Source of the DNA: Podarcis pityusensis
Taxonomy: Eukaryota
DNA length: 64,000 bases
Reading direction: 5' to 3' (one strand)
NCBI GenBank assembly: GCA_964106645.2
Contig: OZ067050.1
Shown here: positions 39,795 through 52,675 of the stretch, piece after piece
Position numbering within the stretch: position 1 is the first letter of the stretch
How the letters are laid out: each line of letters starts with the position of its first letter
Made by a program: the position numbers and the translations under genes
Notes under the pieces: model-generated
What the model was told of the DNA's origin: nothing
The model's database searches: none
What the model saw: only the letters and a program-made list of their open reading frames with translations

Positions 39795-40046
39795 CAGTGG
39801 TACCTTGGTTTAAGAACAGCTTAGTTTATGAACAACTTGGATTAAGAATGCTGCAAACCCGGAAGTAGGTGTTTTGGTTTCTGAACTTTGCCTTGGAAGC
39901 AGAACATGTTCTGCTTCCTGTTGAATGTGTTCCATTTGTAAATTGAGTCCTTCGCTGCTATGGGAAAACATGTCTTGGTTTAGGAATGCTTTGGTTTAAG
40001 AACAGGCTTCCGGAACGGATTAAGTTCATAAACCAAGGTACCACTG
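39795..40046. mobile_element. Tigger/pogo-like MITE
   Basis: TA flanks, TIR CAGTGGTACCTTGGTTTA / TAAACCAAGGTACCACTG. Confidence 0.9.
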
Positions 40047-40798
40047 TACTTATATAGGAACACAAAGGTGCCTTGCTTTGGCCACAAGGTTTAAGCTTGC
40101 AGCACTCAGCTTAGAGCTCCTCACTGCTAGGGTTCAGATGGTAGAAGAGAGAGAACGAAGAATTTGGTGACACTTTGGTGAGGGTGTGTGACCTAGCTAA
40201 GCCTGGCCAGACAGCTTACTTTAAGGTCTTGACTCCTTTCATGCATTAATTAGAGTTGAACATATAACCCACACTACACTCCTTCTTCTTAGCCCTCCAT
40301 CTCATTGAGCATAAATGTTTGCCATGTCTGTGAGGAACGGGGCTCCTGAATCTATGGAGGTTCATTGTGAAATTTTGAACCCTGTATAATCAGGTCCTCA
40401 AATCATGCAGAAAGCCTACACATGTACAGGAGACTCCTTACTTCACACCTTCATTATCCAAATGTTGGAGCCAATAGAGTGCATATTGTTAAAATCAATC
40501 ACTAATAGATGGAAGGCAGGATAATCAGTAAATTAGAAAACAGTTTATATAGACATAGACATAATTAAATAATTTAAACCTGCATTACCAAGAACTTGAA
40601 ATATCTGTTAAGAGGTATATGTCAGAATCCACATGCTTGTCGAGCAAACATGTAGCCTCATATACACTGCATTCCAGGGATCACAGTGAAGGTTTTAAAC
40701 ATCACTTGCACAGAACAATAAGCTGTGCTGTATGCATACAGAATTAGGGAAGTCTGAGTTTTATGTTCCACAACTGATTCCTAACCATATGAAGTGTA

Positions 40799-41650
40799 CA
40801 AGTGAAACTCGAAAAATTAGAATACTGTGGAAAAGTTCATTTATTTCAGTAATTCAACTTAAAAGGTGAAACTAATATATGAGATAGACTCATGACATGC
40901 AAAGCGAGATATATCAAGCCTCTATTTGTTATAATTGTGATGTTTATGGTATACAGCTGATGAAAACCCCAAATTAACAGTCTCAGAAAATTAGAATATT
41001 AAATGAAATCAGCAAAACAAGAACTGCAAATAGAGCAATATTGCACCTCTGAGAAGTAGAAGCATGCATATGTACTCAGTCTTGGTTTGGGCCCCTTTTG
41101 CATCAATTACTGCCTCAGTGCGGCAAGGCATGGATGCTATCAGCCTGTGGCACTGCTGAGGTGTTATGGAAGACCAGGAAGCTTCAATAGCAGCTTTCAG
41201 CTCTTCTGCATTGCTCGGTCTCATGTCTCTCATCTTTCTCTTGGCAATGCCCCATAGATTCTCTATGGGATTCAGGTCAGGTGGGTTTGCTGGCCAATCA
41301 AGCACAGTAATCCCATGGGCATTGAACCAGGTTTTGGTACTTTTGGCAGTATGGGCAGGTGCCAAAGTCCTGCTGGAAAATGAAATCAGTATCCCCGTAA
41401 AGCTCATCTGCAGAAGGAAGCATGAAGTGCTCCACAATCTCTTGGTAGATGGCTGCATTGACCCTGGACTTAATGAAGCACAGTGGACCAACACCAGCTG
41501 ATGACATGGCTCCCCAAATCAACAGAGACTGTGGAAACTTCACATTCGATTTCAAGCATCTGGCATTGTGTGCCTCCCCATTCTTCCTCCAGACTCTGGG
41601 TCCTTGGTTTCCAAATGAGATGCAAAAGCTGCTCTCATCAGAAAAGAGAT
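40799..41650 (-). mobile_element. 5'-truncated Tc1-family (DD34E) DNA transposon, frameshifted transposase
   Basis: FSDES, IWGAMS, FQQD, then after a frameshift LAPAHTAK...WPANPPDLNPIE (34 aa between D and E); ~200-bp terminus with repeated AAAATTAGAATA and outer TA; DNA-binding half and second TIR missing. Confidence 0.92.
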
Positions 41651-42595
41651 TTGGGTGCCTGCCTGCACTGAACAATATCAGTGAGGAACCAAGGTGGGCA
41701 AAATGTTCTTGTGGAAATGTCTCCACTGGCAGTGGCAGGCAGAAATCGAGTTTTTCAGGGACAGGGTGCTGGCCATAGCTGTCAATGTTTTCCATTTTTT
41801 AAGGGAAATAGCCTCATTCCGAATAGGATTCCTTGCAAGAAAAGGGAAAAGTTGACAGCTATGGTACTGGCAGGTGGAGTCCACTGAACTAAAAGCTTTG
41901 CAGATCCTCGAAAGGCCCTGATCCTCAGGCATGTGCATAAGAGGGAAATAGTCCCTAACTTCTATCTTGGTTGCTGTGAGCCTGAAGGAATTGTGATACA
42001 CCTCCGCTTCTCCCCAAGTACACTCTGTTGTATTGTTTTATTTATATGTTAGTTGAAGAATTAAAGAAAACCCAGAAACATCATATATAGCTAATGTATT
42101 ATTGTTCATAAGCACACAAATCTCAATGTATGAAATATATGCATATACTGAAATATGCTTTTTAAAGCTTTTGGTATTTTTTTTCTTTGCCATCGCACCC
42201 TGGAAAAAGACACATTAGCCAGACCATGGTGAAAATTGGTCATATTTATTCAAAATAAAACAGTAAAGAGGATATGCAAAAACAACCAATTGAAATAAAA
42301 TTTCCTAAAACACAAGGGAGAACTCCCTCCCCTCTCTGGGTCTAGAGTGCAATTACCATCATTGGCCTCATCATAAAAGATTGGAATGAATCCTTTTTCC
42401 AGCCTGAACCTGTTAAGTGAATCATGGACTTATGGTCTCAGCTTTTACCCTGGTGTGCATGCCAAGCTTAAAAGGCCCTCCAGGGTCCTGTAGGACAAAA
42501 CAATGTAAGATGCCCACAGAGGGCCCTTATTTCCCCACAAGATCTCATATTTCCAGCCTGGAAAGGCCAATTAAACCAATCCCATTAGCTCCATT

Positions 42596-42877
42596 GAGCC
42601 AGTATGGTGTAGTGGTTAGGAGCGGTGGACTCGTAATCTGGTGCACCGGGTTCGCATCCCCGCTCCTCCACATGCAGCTGCTGGGTGACCTTGGGCTAGT
42701 CACACTTCTCTGAAGTGTCTCAGCCCCACTCACCTCACAGAGTGTTTGTTGTGGGGGAGGAAGGGAAAGGAGAATGTTAGCCGCTTTGAGACTCCTTTGG
42801 GGAGTGATAAAGCGGGATATCAAATCCAAACTCCTCCTCCTCCTCCTCTTCTTCTTCTTCTTCTTCTTCTTCTTCTT
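42596..42877 (+). mobile_element. tRNA-CORE-L2 SINE (Squam3-like) with (CCT)n(CTT)n tail
   Basis: A box TGGTGTAGTGG, B box GGTTCGCATCC, CORE-like TGGGTGACCTTGGGCTAGTCAC, L2-type GCCGCTTTGAG...AAAGCGGGATAT end; empty site in the paralog near 49665. Confidence 0.88.
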
Positions 42878-43956
42878 CCATGCATAACAGTAGGAAAGAG
42901 GTGGGGGAGAGGAGTCCCAAAAGCAATCAGGGCCTTCCTGCAGAACAACTACTCAACACTGAAACAAGCAACTAGCAAAGCTTGTACTACTAAAAGAAGA
43001 GGGGACAATTTGGGGAGGAAACTGATCAAATAGTCTGGCTTCCTTCCTCTCCTGAGGAATCCACCAGGAGCCACCTCTTGCCCGGCCTGTTGCTGCATCT
43101 GACCCCATCACTATTACCTCATCATGAAGCAGGGAAGACAAGTGGCAATGCCACATGCCAGAGCACCCCCACTTTCGCTGAATGTGGTGAGGGAGGCACC
43201 TTTTGCAAGGCTTTGATGTTCATCTTGTCTGCCCCAGCAGGGCACAATTTTTCTCTCCAGTGCTATTTAACATTGATACGAGGCCTCCTAAAGCAGCAGT
43301 TAAGTGGTGTGTTTCAAAATACTATCATACTGTTAGTATGTTGGTGACACTCAACTCTGTTTCTCCATAACGTGTGAATAAGGAAGGGCATGTGGGCTTG
43401 GAAACATTGGTGGGAAGGATGCGGGAAAACATGTTTAGCTTTAATCTTTGACTCACTCAGGCTTCTCAATAATTTTCTGTTTGCGAAAAAGGAAGATTAT
43501 TCTCCAATCTGGTGAGAAATAAGTTTGGATGACAAGAAAGAATGATAAACAAGATATAGCAGATTGTTGTCTGAGAGCATTCAAAGGACCCCTACTTGAG
43601 TAGGAACACGGTAAATATAGCTGCAGGCTTTTAGCTATGACATTGAGGAGAAACCAATTCAAACAATAATATCATTGCCTGTTAAAGCACTTATGAAGGA
43701 CTCCTCTATCTATGAAATCACATCGTTTCCTCTTCAAAAACCATCCTAGTGGTAAAAAGGATGATTTTAGTGTTAGCTTTTATGTATTTTTAATGAAATC
43801 TATTATCTATTAGAGAGAGAATCATGAAAGCCTGAATCATAAGTTCCGCAATCGAGTTCTGAAGAACTGGAGCATATTTGACTACACATAAAGAAATCAA
43901 ACAGTTTACTGTTTCCAGTTTTCAAGTAGTCTTTATAATAAATGTATGTAGATCAA

Positions 43957-44907
43957 TCAACCTTGAGAAATTTGAAGCAGCCTTCCTCTTCCAGTAATTG
44001 TTTTGAATGCATCTTTGAAATCTTTGTTTCTCAGTGAATATACGACTGGATTAACAACTGGGGTTACCACTGTATAAAGGAGAGAAATAAATTTGTCTCG
44101 GTCTAGAGAGTAGACAGAGGTGGGCCTGATATATGTGTAGATGACTGAGGAGAAGTAAAAACTGACTACAATGAGATGTGAGGAGCATGTAGAAAAAGCC
44201 TTTTTCTTCCCTTCAGTGGAACGAATTCTGAGGATACTTCTTATGATAAATGAGTATGATGTTAGAGTCAACCCACAGCTACAAATCCCAAAAATCACAT
44301 CTGCCACAAAAGCCATAGTCTCATTCAGACTAGTGTCAGAGCAAGAGAGCTTTAAAAGTGGAGGAACATCACAGAAGAAATGGTTGATGATGTTAGAGCT
44401 GCAAAAGGAGAGTTTCAGCATGAGTCCAGCGTGAACAGCAGAGTTGACCATTCCAGCAACCCACACTCCACTTGCTATTCCAACACATACTTCCTTCTTC
44501 ATAATGACTGTGTACTGCAAGGGATGGCAGATAGCAGCATAGCGGTCAAAAGCCATAAATGACAGAAGGAAAAGCTCTGTACACAAAGCCCATATGAATA
44601 GATACACCTGTGTGATGCAACCATAAAAGGAGATGCTATTCACATGGGTCCAAAGAATTTGAAGCAATTTAGGAATTGTAACAGAGATGGAAAACATGTT
44701 CACTAAGGACAGATTAACAAGCAGGAAATACATGGGAGAGTGGAGTTTTCGGCAAGAGCATATGGTAAAGATTAGGAGGAAATTACTGCCTAAAGCGATA
44801 GCATAGATGAATGTGAATAACCCAAAGAGAAAAGTCTGGAGTTCTGGGGAGCTGATCAGACCAGCCAGTATAAATTCCATAGTAACCGACTGGTTCTTCA
44901 TGTCCAT
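43957..44907 (-). CDS. OR13G1-like: Olfactory receptor, class II (OR13G1-like), 316 aa (main coding exon)
   Basis: NQS site, LHSPMYFLL, MAFDRY, NHFFCD, KAFSTCSSHL, NPVVYSLRN. Confidence 0.95.
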   Translation of the reverse strand: MDMKNQSVTMEFILAGLISSPELQTFLFGLFTFIYAIALGSNFLLIFTICSCRKLHSPMYFLLVNLSLVNMFSISVTIPKLLQILWTHVNSISFYGCITQVYLFIWALCTELFLLSFMAFDRYAAICHPLQYTVIMKKEVCVGIASGVWVAGMVNSAVHAGLMLKLSFCSSNIINHFFCDVPPLLKLSCSDTSLNETMAFVADVIFGICSCGLTLTSYSFIIRSILRIRSTEGKKKAFSTCSSHLIVVSFYFSSVIYTYIRPTSVYSLDRDKFISLLYTVVTPVVNPVVYSLRNKDFKDAFKTITGRGRLLQISQG

Positions 44908-46088
44908 TTCTCTGATGTTACTTTCCTAAACAAATGAATTTTATTAATTGTATTTCCTGAACAAATGAATTGTATTAATTCAAATTAAGGATCAAGATTG
45001 AGCCATATTGCCTCCCTCCCTGCCTCCTTCCATCCCTTCCTTTTGTGCTAAGTGGAGAAGATTGACTGTTGCTTGAATTCGATCATTTTAAAAATTATGG
45101 AAAGCTGTGGTGGCAGCAGCAGCTCTGGTGAGGAGGGATTTTGGACTTCAGGCAAATTGGCCATTTTGCAGGTTTTTCACCTGCCTCATAGCAATCATCG
45201 AAGCTTCAGGCAGATAAGGCCTTGGGTTGGATTTTTAGTTCAAGGTTACACCCTTGAAGGGTTTTGGAAAGTGCAGTTTCTGTCCAGGGTTCCATATGGG
45301 CCAAGGCACCCTTCTTTAAAGCATATTGTTATGATTGCTCCAATTTGATCTGTGTCAAAGAGTACAAAATGCCTAAAAACATGTTTTCAGATAAACTTAG
45401 CATCATGGCGGATCCTACGCTTGAACTACATGTCTCCAAAATCTGAGTTGCAAATTGAGAGATCAGAAGGTAGCAAAAGGGGCTACCAAACAACTCTAAG
45501 GTAGCAAAAGTGGCTACCATACAACTCTAGATATTCCCCTGTACAGTCACAGATGATGTGTTTGCTGCTCCCTCACAACAAAGTGCCATACTTCATTACA
45601 CCAAGCATCTGATATAAAAGGAGCATGGGAGCACCAATGGCAAATCATTCCTAACTTAGCAGCAACTTTTAAGGGGGAAATGATCTGTTTGTAAATCACT
45701 GGGAAAATTGACAGCGGTGCCAGTGTAAGCGCTGGAGGAATAATCTACATTAAAATTGTTGTGATTTTTTTGGGAATATATGGGTGAATATCACCACCAC
45801 TGGACATTACCACCATATGTGCCCAGCCTGCAACATTGCATCCAACACTCCATAGATAGCTCTCGGTTTATCTTTCCCAACTTGACCTATGAGCAATACT
45901 ACTAGAATATGACTTTGTACACATATTCTTTGACTCATGCCAAAACCATGCAAAGTGGAAGCTTATGCCTTCGGATTTCCATGCTCCCTTTAATAATCAT
46001 TTAAGAATCAATCAGTTTATAATCAGAGTGTACAGTTGTTTGTTGTCAAAATTATTAGCTGTAAGGAGGCAGGAAGATGAAATGAAAT

Positions 46089-46300
46089 TTTTACCTTCAT
46101 ATCTATTTACATTTTTGTTTTGCTCCTGGTTTTCATTTGTTCACTTAATTCCCCTTCCTATAACTTAGAGCCAATTGTCTGCTATCAGCCTGATGTCTGA
46201 TGATAACTGGTTTGATGCCCTTGTAGAAATCCTTTCCAGTCAAAGCGAGCAGCCCCATTAAATATTTCTTTATGTGAAGTAATAGTGCCACTGGGAGCAT
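46089..46300 (-). promoter_or_regulatory. First exon and proximal promoter of OR at 44907
   Basis: ATGAAG|GTAAA donor at 46095/46094, TATTTAA-like box near 46258-46267, CTCCCAGTGGCAC O/E-like site near 46285-46297; all conserved at 54190-54400 and 60043-60226. Confidence 0.65.
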
Positions 46301-46891
46301 GACATCACATGCAAGATTAACATTGCTAATCATATTTCTGATGCAATATTTAGATACCTAAGGGGTAATCCAGACTCCCTTAGAAGCCAAAGTAATAACC
46401 TAGGTGGTTCATGCCACTTCTATTTGTACTAATTCTACCACCAAACTAACAAACAGCTAACATGATGGGAGTGCATCAGAAATAACTCATAAACAAAACA
46501 CAGTATGTTCTAAAAAATAAAGTTATTGTTTTTTGTGAGGTGATGCAATAGTAATTATATTGGGCTTTTCTAGAAACAGTACTCAAAAGTCTTTGCACTG
46601 ACAGACGGAAATATCTGCAGTGAGACTGTAAGAGCAAAGTATTTTGATTAATATCTTTGTACCCTGTTTTGCAATTGTTGCATTATATTGTATACATAAT
46701 ATAAAACAGATTCTAAAGAAGATTTGGCACACAATCTTAAACTGATGATGGTAAGAGTGGACTACTGAAGAGGCTCCTCATGAGGCTGGAGGAACACCAC
46801 CCGCCGATTGTTTTATTGATTTAATATGCTGTAAACTGCTTTGAGATTTTTATTAAAAATATAAAGCGGTATAGAAATGTTTGTTTGTTTA

Positions 46892-47548
46892 ATTGCATGG
46901 ACAGGCGGAGTCCCCAGATCCCGCGCGGTCCCCCCGTCATGTGGAATAACGACTCTTGACAACGTGCTATGGATTAAATTGGCCACAACTTTATTAAATT
47001 TCAAATGTGGGTAGACCTTGGCTCAGGCATTGGGTGTTCTCCCTCCCCAGTCCCCAGCCGGGGACCTAGGGAGCATCAGGGTTATCCAGTGTGTGGGGGG
47101 GGGATGGGCTGGCTCTGGAGAACATATGTTCAAGCAGAGATAGCCGCCCCCGTTACGCCGCCGCATGGGAGAGCAATGATGACCTTTCGGCGTACGGTCA
47201 AAGCCTCCCTTCAGAAACCCCTTTAACTGGGAACCCTGGTATCACTGCCGCAAAGAGGAAGATGGACTAAAGGATTCCGCCCAAGGCCTGATACCGCCAC
47301 CCGAGGATTCCCAGGTAAGATCCTCCCTCTATTGTGTGGGCAGGTAATCCCTCCCCTACCTGGCCTGGTCTCCTTGGCAACGCTTCCCCCAGGTGGGATT
47401 GGACAACTGACTGAGGTAGGCGGAGACCTCCAGGTATCCCACCTGAGGGAAGGCAAACCAAGCCTATGCTGTTGGAGCCGCTCCAGATCTAGGGGCTGCG
47501 CGTGTCCACGCAAAGGGCGTCCCCCGTTTTAAGCGGGGAGCGGTCATT
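46892..47548 (-). mobile_element. Solo inverted copy of the 657-bp element
   Basis: Reverse complement of unit 33148-33807 with few substitutions; AAT at both ends. Confidence 0.92.
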
Positions 47549-47984
47549 TCTGCACTACCTTTACTTCCAATAAACTCAAGTTATGATGTTGCACTGGTGC
47601 CTGCCTGCTCTGAACTACATCAGTGAGGAACCAAGATGGGCAAAATGTTCTTGCTGGAAATGTCTCCACTGGCAGTGGTAGGCAGAAAGCCCAGAAAAAG
47701 AATATTTGAGGGACAGGATGCTGGCAGGTAGAGTCCACTGAACTAAAAGCTCTCCAGATCCTCCAAAGGCCCTGATCCTCAGGCATAAGGGGGAAACAGT
47801 CCCTAACTTCTATCTTGGTTGCTGTGAGCCTGAAGGAATTGCGATACACCTCCGCTTCTCCCTGAGTACACTCTGTTGTATTGTTTTATTTATATGTTAG
47901 TTGAAGAATTAAAGAAAACCCAAAAACAACATATGCAGCTGATGTATTATTGTTCATAAGCACACAAAGCATATGCATCTCATC

Positions 47985-49540
47985 TCTTTTTTTGTAAATA
48001 ATTTTTATTGATTTTCAAATTAATAAAATTCCAAATGATAGCAATTCAGATCAAATCTTGCCACATCATAATACAAACAAAGCCAATTATACATTCTGAA
48101 TTAAAAAATAAACAAATAAAGGAGGACTTCCCATGTTCTGGATGTCTGGAGAAAGTCTCTTACAGTTGTTCCTGCATTCACCTCTCTTGTTTTTCCCCAG
48201 TTTCATAAGTCCGATCTTAATCCATTGTTTTGCCTTCGCGGTTCCGGTGTATGACTCTCTATCGTGTCCAGCAAATCAGTATTTCTTTTAACATGCAGAA
48301 GGCAGTTCATTCTATGTTGTTATCCTTCAATTGTTTTTTTTCAGCGTAGTTCTCTTAATAGTCCCATCTTTCATTTCAACATTTTATCTTCCAGGCTCTG
48401 GGCTATGTTACAGCTCTCTCAGCACGTGCCAACTCTCCTTCTTTTGATAAGATTTATGGTGAAGCAGTCTTTCAGTCTTTTAATGAGTTAGTATTCCATA
48501 GTGTTCCAAATTAATGTTTCAAGTTAGCATTCCAAATGAATATCTCCGTAGAAAAGCAATGCTGTGGGGTATGTTTCACTATTTTTGGGGGATTGTTTAA
48601 TTTAGATCCTCCAAGATCCGAGCTTGCTCCCATGGGCCCTAGGGAAGCCTGCCAAATCCAAGATTGACTCTACTTTCACATTACACCATACAGTGGTACC
48701 TCAGGTTACATACGCTTCAGGTTACAGACTCCGCTAACCCAGAAATATTACCTCGGGTTATGTACTTTGCTTCAGGATGAGAACAGAAATCGTGCTACGG
48801 CGGCGTGGCAGCAGCAGGAAGCCCCATTAGCTAAAGTGGTGCTTCAGGTTAAGAACAGTTTCAGGTTAAGTACGGACCTCTGGAACGAATTAAGTACTTA
48901 ACCTGAGGTACCACTGTATATTGAAAAGAAAAGTTCATGCAAGTAAATAGAATTTTTTATGTGAAATATTCTCCAATTATTCCATCAAATGTTCTCAGCC
49001 CCCGCCCCTCAGAGGAGGCCATTTTCTTTTTCTCCTGCGCCAGAGCCACCACCATTTTTTTCAGCCTGAACCTCCTTAATCTCTGATCATATTTTGCCAG
49101 TTCTAATTAGGGCTCTCCACCGAGAACTGCACAGCCCAGCTTCTAATTACTTTTTACAGTTCCTCCTGCACACCATTTGGATAATTAATTCTTTCTTTTT
49201 GTGAGGTTCAGGGAATCATAAGTAGCAAATGTAGAGAAAGAAATAACCACTCACCTCACTTGAAACACCATGATGAAAGTCCTTTTTAATTCAAAACTTT
49301 GGCATCCAGTGACTGATTTATTTAGCAGGTCTTTTTTATCTCCTTCTTTCCAGAACACGCCTGTTTTTTAGTCCAAATTTTAATGATTTTTTTGCAAAAC
49401 AGGGATCCTCCTGCTCATGGTGATGACTCTGGAGAGTGCCAATTCATGCAGTGCTCCTGACCCTGAGTCCCTGCCCAGGCATTCTGTAGTGAGCAGCAGT
49501 TATTGGGCGAACCACAGGTGTCGGTCAGCCCCCCCCCCAA
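47985..49540 (-). mobile_element. Probable degraded non-LTR (L1/Tx1-like) insertion, interrupted by a MITE
   Basis: Begins with poly-T/TTTATT; absent from the paralogous block 42130-42465; family assignment weak. Confidence 0.35.
48691..48916. mobile_element. Tigger/pogo-like MITE
   Basis: TA flanks, perfect TIR CAGTGGTACCTCAGGTTA / TAACCTGAGGTACCACTG. Confidence 0.92.
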
Positions 49541-50627
49541 GCTTAAATGGCCCTCTGGGGTTCTAAAGGACAAAACAATGTAAGATTCCCACAGAGTGCC
49601 CTTATTTCCCCCAAAGATCTTACATTTCCTGCCTGGAAAGGCCTATTAAACCAATCCCATTAACGCCATGCATAACCATAGAAAAGGGGGGGGGAGTCCC
49701 AAAACCTATCAGGGCCTCCCCCCAGAACTACTACTCAATACTCAAACAAGCAACCAGCAAAACTTGTGCATTACTTCTAAAAGAAGAAGGGACAATTTGG
49801 GGAGGAAACTGATCAAATAGCTTGGCTTCCTTCTTCTCCTGATTGGGCAATCAACCAGGAGCCACCTCCTACCTGGCCTGTTGCTGCATCCCACCCCATC
49901 ACTATTACCTTATCATGAACCAGGGAAGACAAGTGGCAATGTCACATGCCAGAACACCCCCACTGTTGCTGAACGTGGTGAGGGGGCACATTCTGCAAGG
50001 CTTTGAAGTTCATATTGTCTGCCCCAGCAGGGCACAATTTTTATCTCCAGTACTATTTAACATTGATACGAGGCCTCCTAAAGAAGCAGTTAAGTGGTGT
50101 GTGTCAAAATATTATGATATTTAGTTTTAATCTTCCACTCGCTCAGGCTTCTCAATAATCTTCTGCCTGCCAAAAAGGAAGATTATTCTCCAATCTGGTG
50201 AGAGATAAATTTGGATGGCAAGAAAGAATGATAAAAAAAAAAGCAGATTGGTGTCTGAGAGCATTCAAAGGACCCCTACTTGAGAAGGAATATGGTAAAT
50301 ATAGCTACAGGCTTTTAGCTATAACATTTAGGAAAAACCAGTTACTACAATAAAATCATTGCCTGTTATAGTACTTATGAAGGACTCCTCTATCTATGAA
50401 ATCACATCGTTTCCTCTTCAAGAACCATTCTAGTGGTGAAAAGGATGATTTTAGTGTTAACTTTTAAGTATTTTTAATGAAATATATTATCTATTAGAGA
50501 GAAAATCATGAAAGCTTGAATCATATGTTCCGCAAACGAGTTCTGAAGAACTGAAGCATATTTGACTGTTCATGAAGTAATCAAACAGTTTACTGTTTAC
50601 TGTTTTTTAATAGTATTTCTATATATT

Positions 50628-50658
<31 letters not shown>

Positions 50659-50700
50659 GTGTGTACATATATATATATAATTTATATGTATGTAGATCAA

Positions 50701-51645
50701 TCAACCTTGAGGAATTTGAAGCAGCCTTCCTCTTGCAGTAATTGTCTTGAAAGCATCTTTGAAATCTTTGTTTCTCAGTGAGTATATGATTGGATTAACA
50801 ACTGGAGTTACCACTGTATAAAGGAGAGAAACAAATTTGTCTTGGTCTAGAGAGGAGTCAGAGGTGGGCCTGATATATGCGTAGATGACTGAGGAGAAGT
50901 AAAAACTGACTACAATGAGATGTGAGGAGCATGTAGAAAAAGCCTTTTTCTTCCCTTCAGTGGAACGAATTCTGAGGATACTTCTTACAATAAATGAGTA
51001 TGATGCTAGGGTCAACCCACAGCTACAAATCCCAAAAATCACATCTGACACAAAAGCCATAGTCTCATTCAGACTAGTGTCAGAGCAGGAGAGCTTTAAA
51101 AGTGGAGGAACATCACAGAAGAAATGGTTGATGATGTTAGAGCTGCAAAAGGAGAGTTTCAGCATGAGTCCAGTGTGAACAGCAGAGTTGACCATTCCAG
51201 CAACCCACACTCCACTTGCTATTCCAACACATACTTCCTTCCTCATAATGACTGTGTACTGCAGAGGATGGCAGATAGCAGCATAGCGGTCAAAAGCCAT
51301 AAATGACAGAAGGAAAAGCTCTGTACCCAAAGCCCATATGAATAGATACACCTGTGTGATGCAACCATAAAAGGAGATGCTGTTTGCACGGGTCCAAAGA
51401 GTCTGAAGCAATTTAGGAATTGTAACAGAGATGGAAAACACATTCACTAAGGACAGGTTAACAAGCAGGAAATACATGGGAGAGTGGAGTTTTCGGCAAG
51501 AGCATATGGTAAAGATTAGGAGGAAATTACTGCCTAAAGCAATAGCATATATGAATGTGAATAACCCAAAGAGAAAAGTCTGGAGTTCTGAGGAGCTGAT
51601 CAGACCAACCAGTATAAATTCCATAGTAACCGACTGGTTCTTCAT
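50701..51645 (-). CDS. OR13G1-like: Olfactory receptor, class II (OR13G1-like), 314 aa (main coding exon)
   Basis: Same motifs as, and nearly identical to, 43957-44907. Confidence 0.95.
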   Translation of the reverse strand: MKNQSVTMEFILVGLISSSELQTFLFGLFTFIYAIALGSNFLLIFTICSCRKLHSPMYFLLVNLSLVNVFSISVTIPKLLQTLWTRANSISFYGCITQVYLFIWALGTELFLLSFMAFDRYAAICHPLQYTVIMRKEVCVGIASGVWVAGMVNSAVHTGLMLKLSFCSSNIINHFFCDVPPLLKLSCSDTSLNETMAFVSDVIFGICSCGLTLASYSFIVRSILRIRSTEGKKKAFSTCSSHLIVVSFYFSSVIYAYIRPTSDSSLDQDKFVSLLYTVVTPVVNPIIYSLRNKDFKDAFKTITARGRLLQIPQG

Positions 51646-52601
51646 TTCAATAACCGTGGCACTGGTGTCCTAAACAGATAAATTATATTAAGTAGAATTA
51701 ATGATCCAAATTTATACATACACCATCCTTCTTTCTCTCTTTTTGTGCTAAAAGGAGAAAATTGGCCCTTATTTGACTTCACTAGTCATTTTTAAGATTG
51801 TGGCAAGCTAGTCTGTCATCATAGAAAATGTGGACTCTGAAGTTATCCCTTGCACTATACTCAGAAAATAGTCTCATTGACATTGAACATTACTAAAACA
51901 ATACTTCCCACTGCAACCCCAAAACAAACACACAAAAGATGGCCACTGCTTAGGAAAATGCAGGAATTTTAAAAAAGAACACTGCTAGCAGTAATTGCTG
52001 ACATTTGTATTACCTAATGAGGATGAGAACCACCAAGTAGTTTCAGTAAATGACACAATGCTTACCCTCGTTTATATCAGTTTTTGTTAATTGTCAACAT
52101 TTGTTGAGACATGCTGATTATTCCCTCCATTTCAAAAGGTCTCTGTGGCCATTTTGTTCATACTTAAGCTGGTTAATTAACTATATCTGAGTGGAAATGT
52201 ATTGCTGCAGTGCTGCAGGATTTGTACAGGTAGATGTATCAGTCCACTCAGGGGGATGTAGTCAGGTGGAGGATCCTGTGATTGCAGATACAGATGCAAA
52301 GCCTGACAAGGGCTAATTCATCATGCACAATTGCTTGTGCCCATCAGCTCTGTAGGGAGCAAGGCCCAATGAACATAGTAAGGCTTTCATCCAAGAAAAC
52401 TTCCATCAGATTGTGTTGTTTAGGGTGATATCTTGGATCTTTGTTCATAAAGGATATACTCATTTCACCATGATATCTGGTTAAACCAGTTTTGTGAGAT
52501 GTTGCATTTTTAAAAATTATACTAAAAAGGAAGTTTTACTAGTGAAATAAATAACACAAAAATACATTCAATAAGAGAGATACTTTATACTTCATACTTC
52601 A

Positions 52602-52675
52602 ATCAAACAATAATCAAACACAAATCATCAAATTTAAATGACTATTTGATGATTTGTGTTTGATTATTGTTTGAT
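52602..52675. repeat. Perfect inverted repeat, 32-bp arms, 10-nt loop
   Basis: ATCAAACAATAATCAAACACAAATCATCAAAT (52602-52633) and its exact reverse complement (52644-52675). Confidence 0.95.

Noticed and set aside
39526-40278. Solo LTR (TGTAG...CTACA)
   Set aside because: Termini fit but no convincing 4-6 bp TSD was found
41651-41795. Novel N-terminal domain on the Tc1 transposase (ORF 41298-41795)
   Set aside because: Chance read-through from duplicated flank DNA that also occurs at 47596-47750 without transposase
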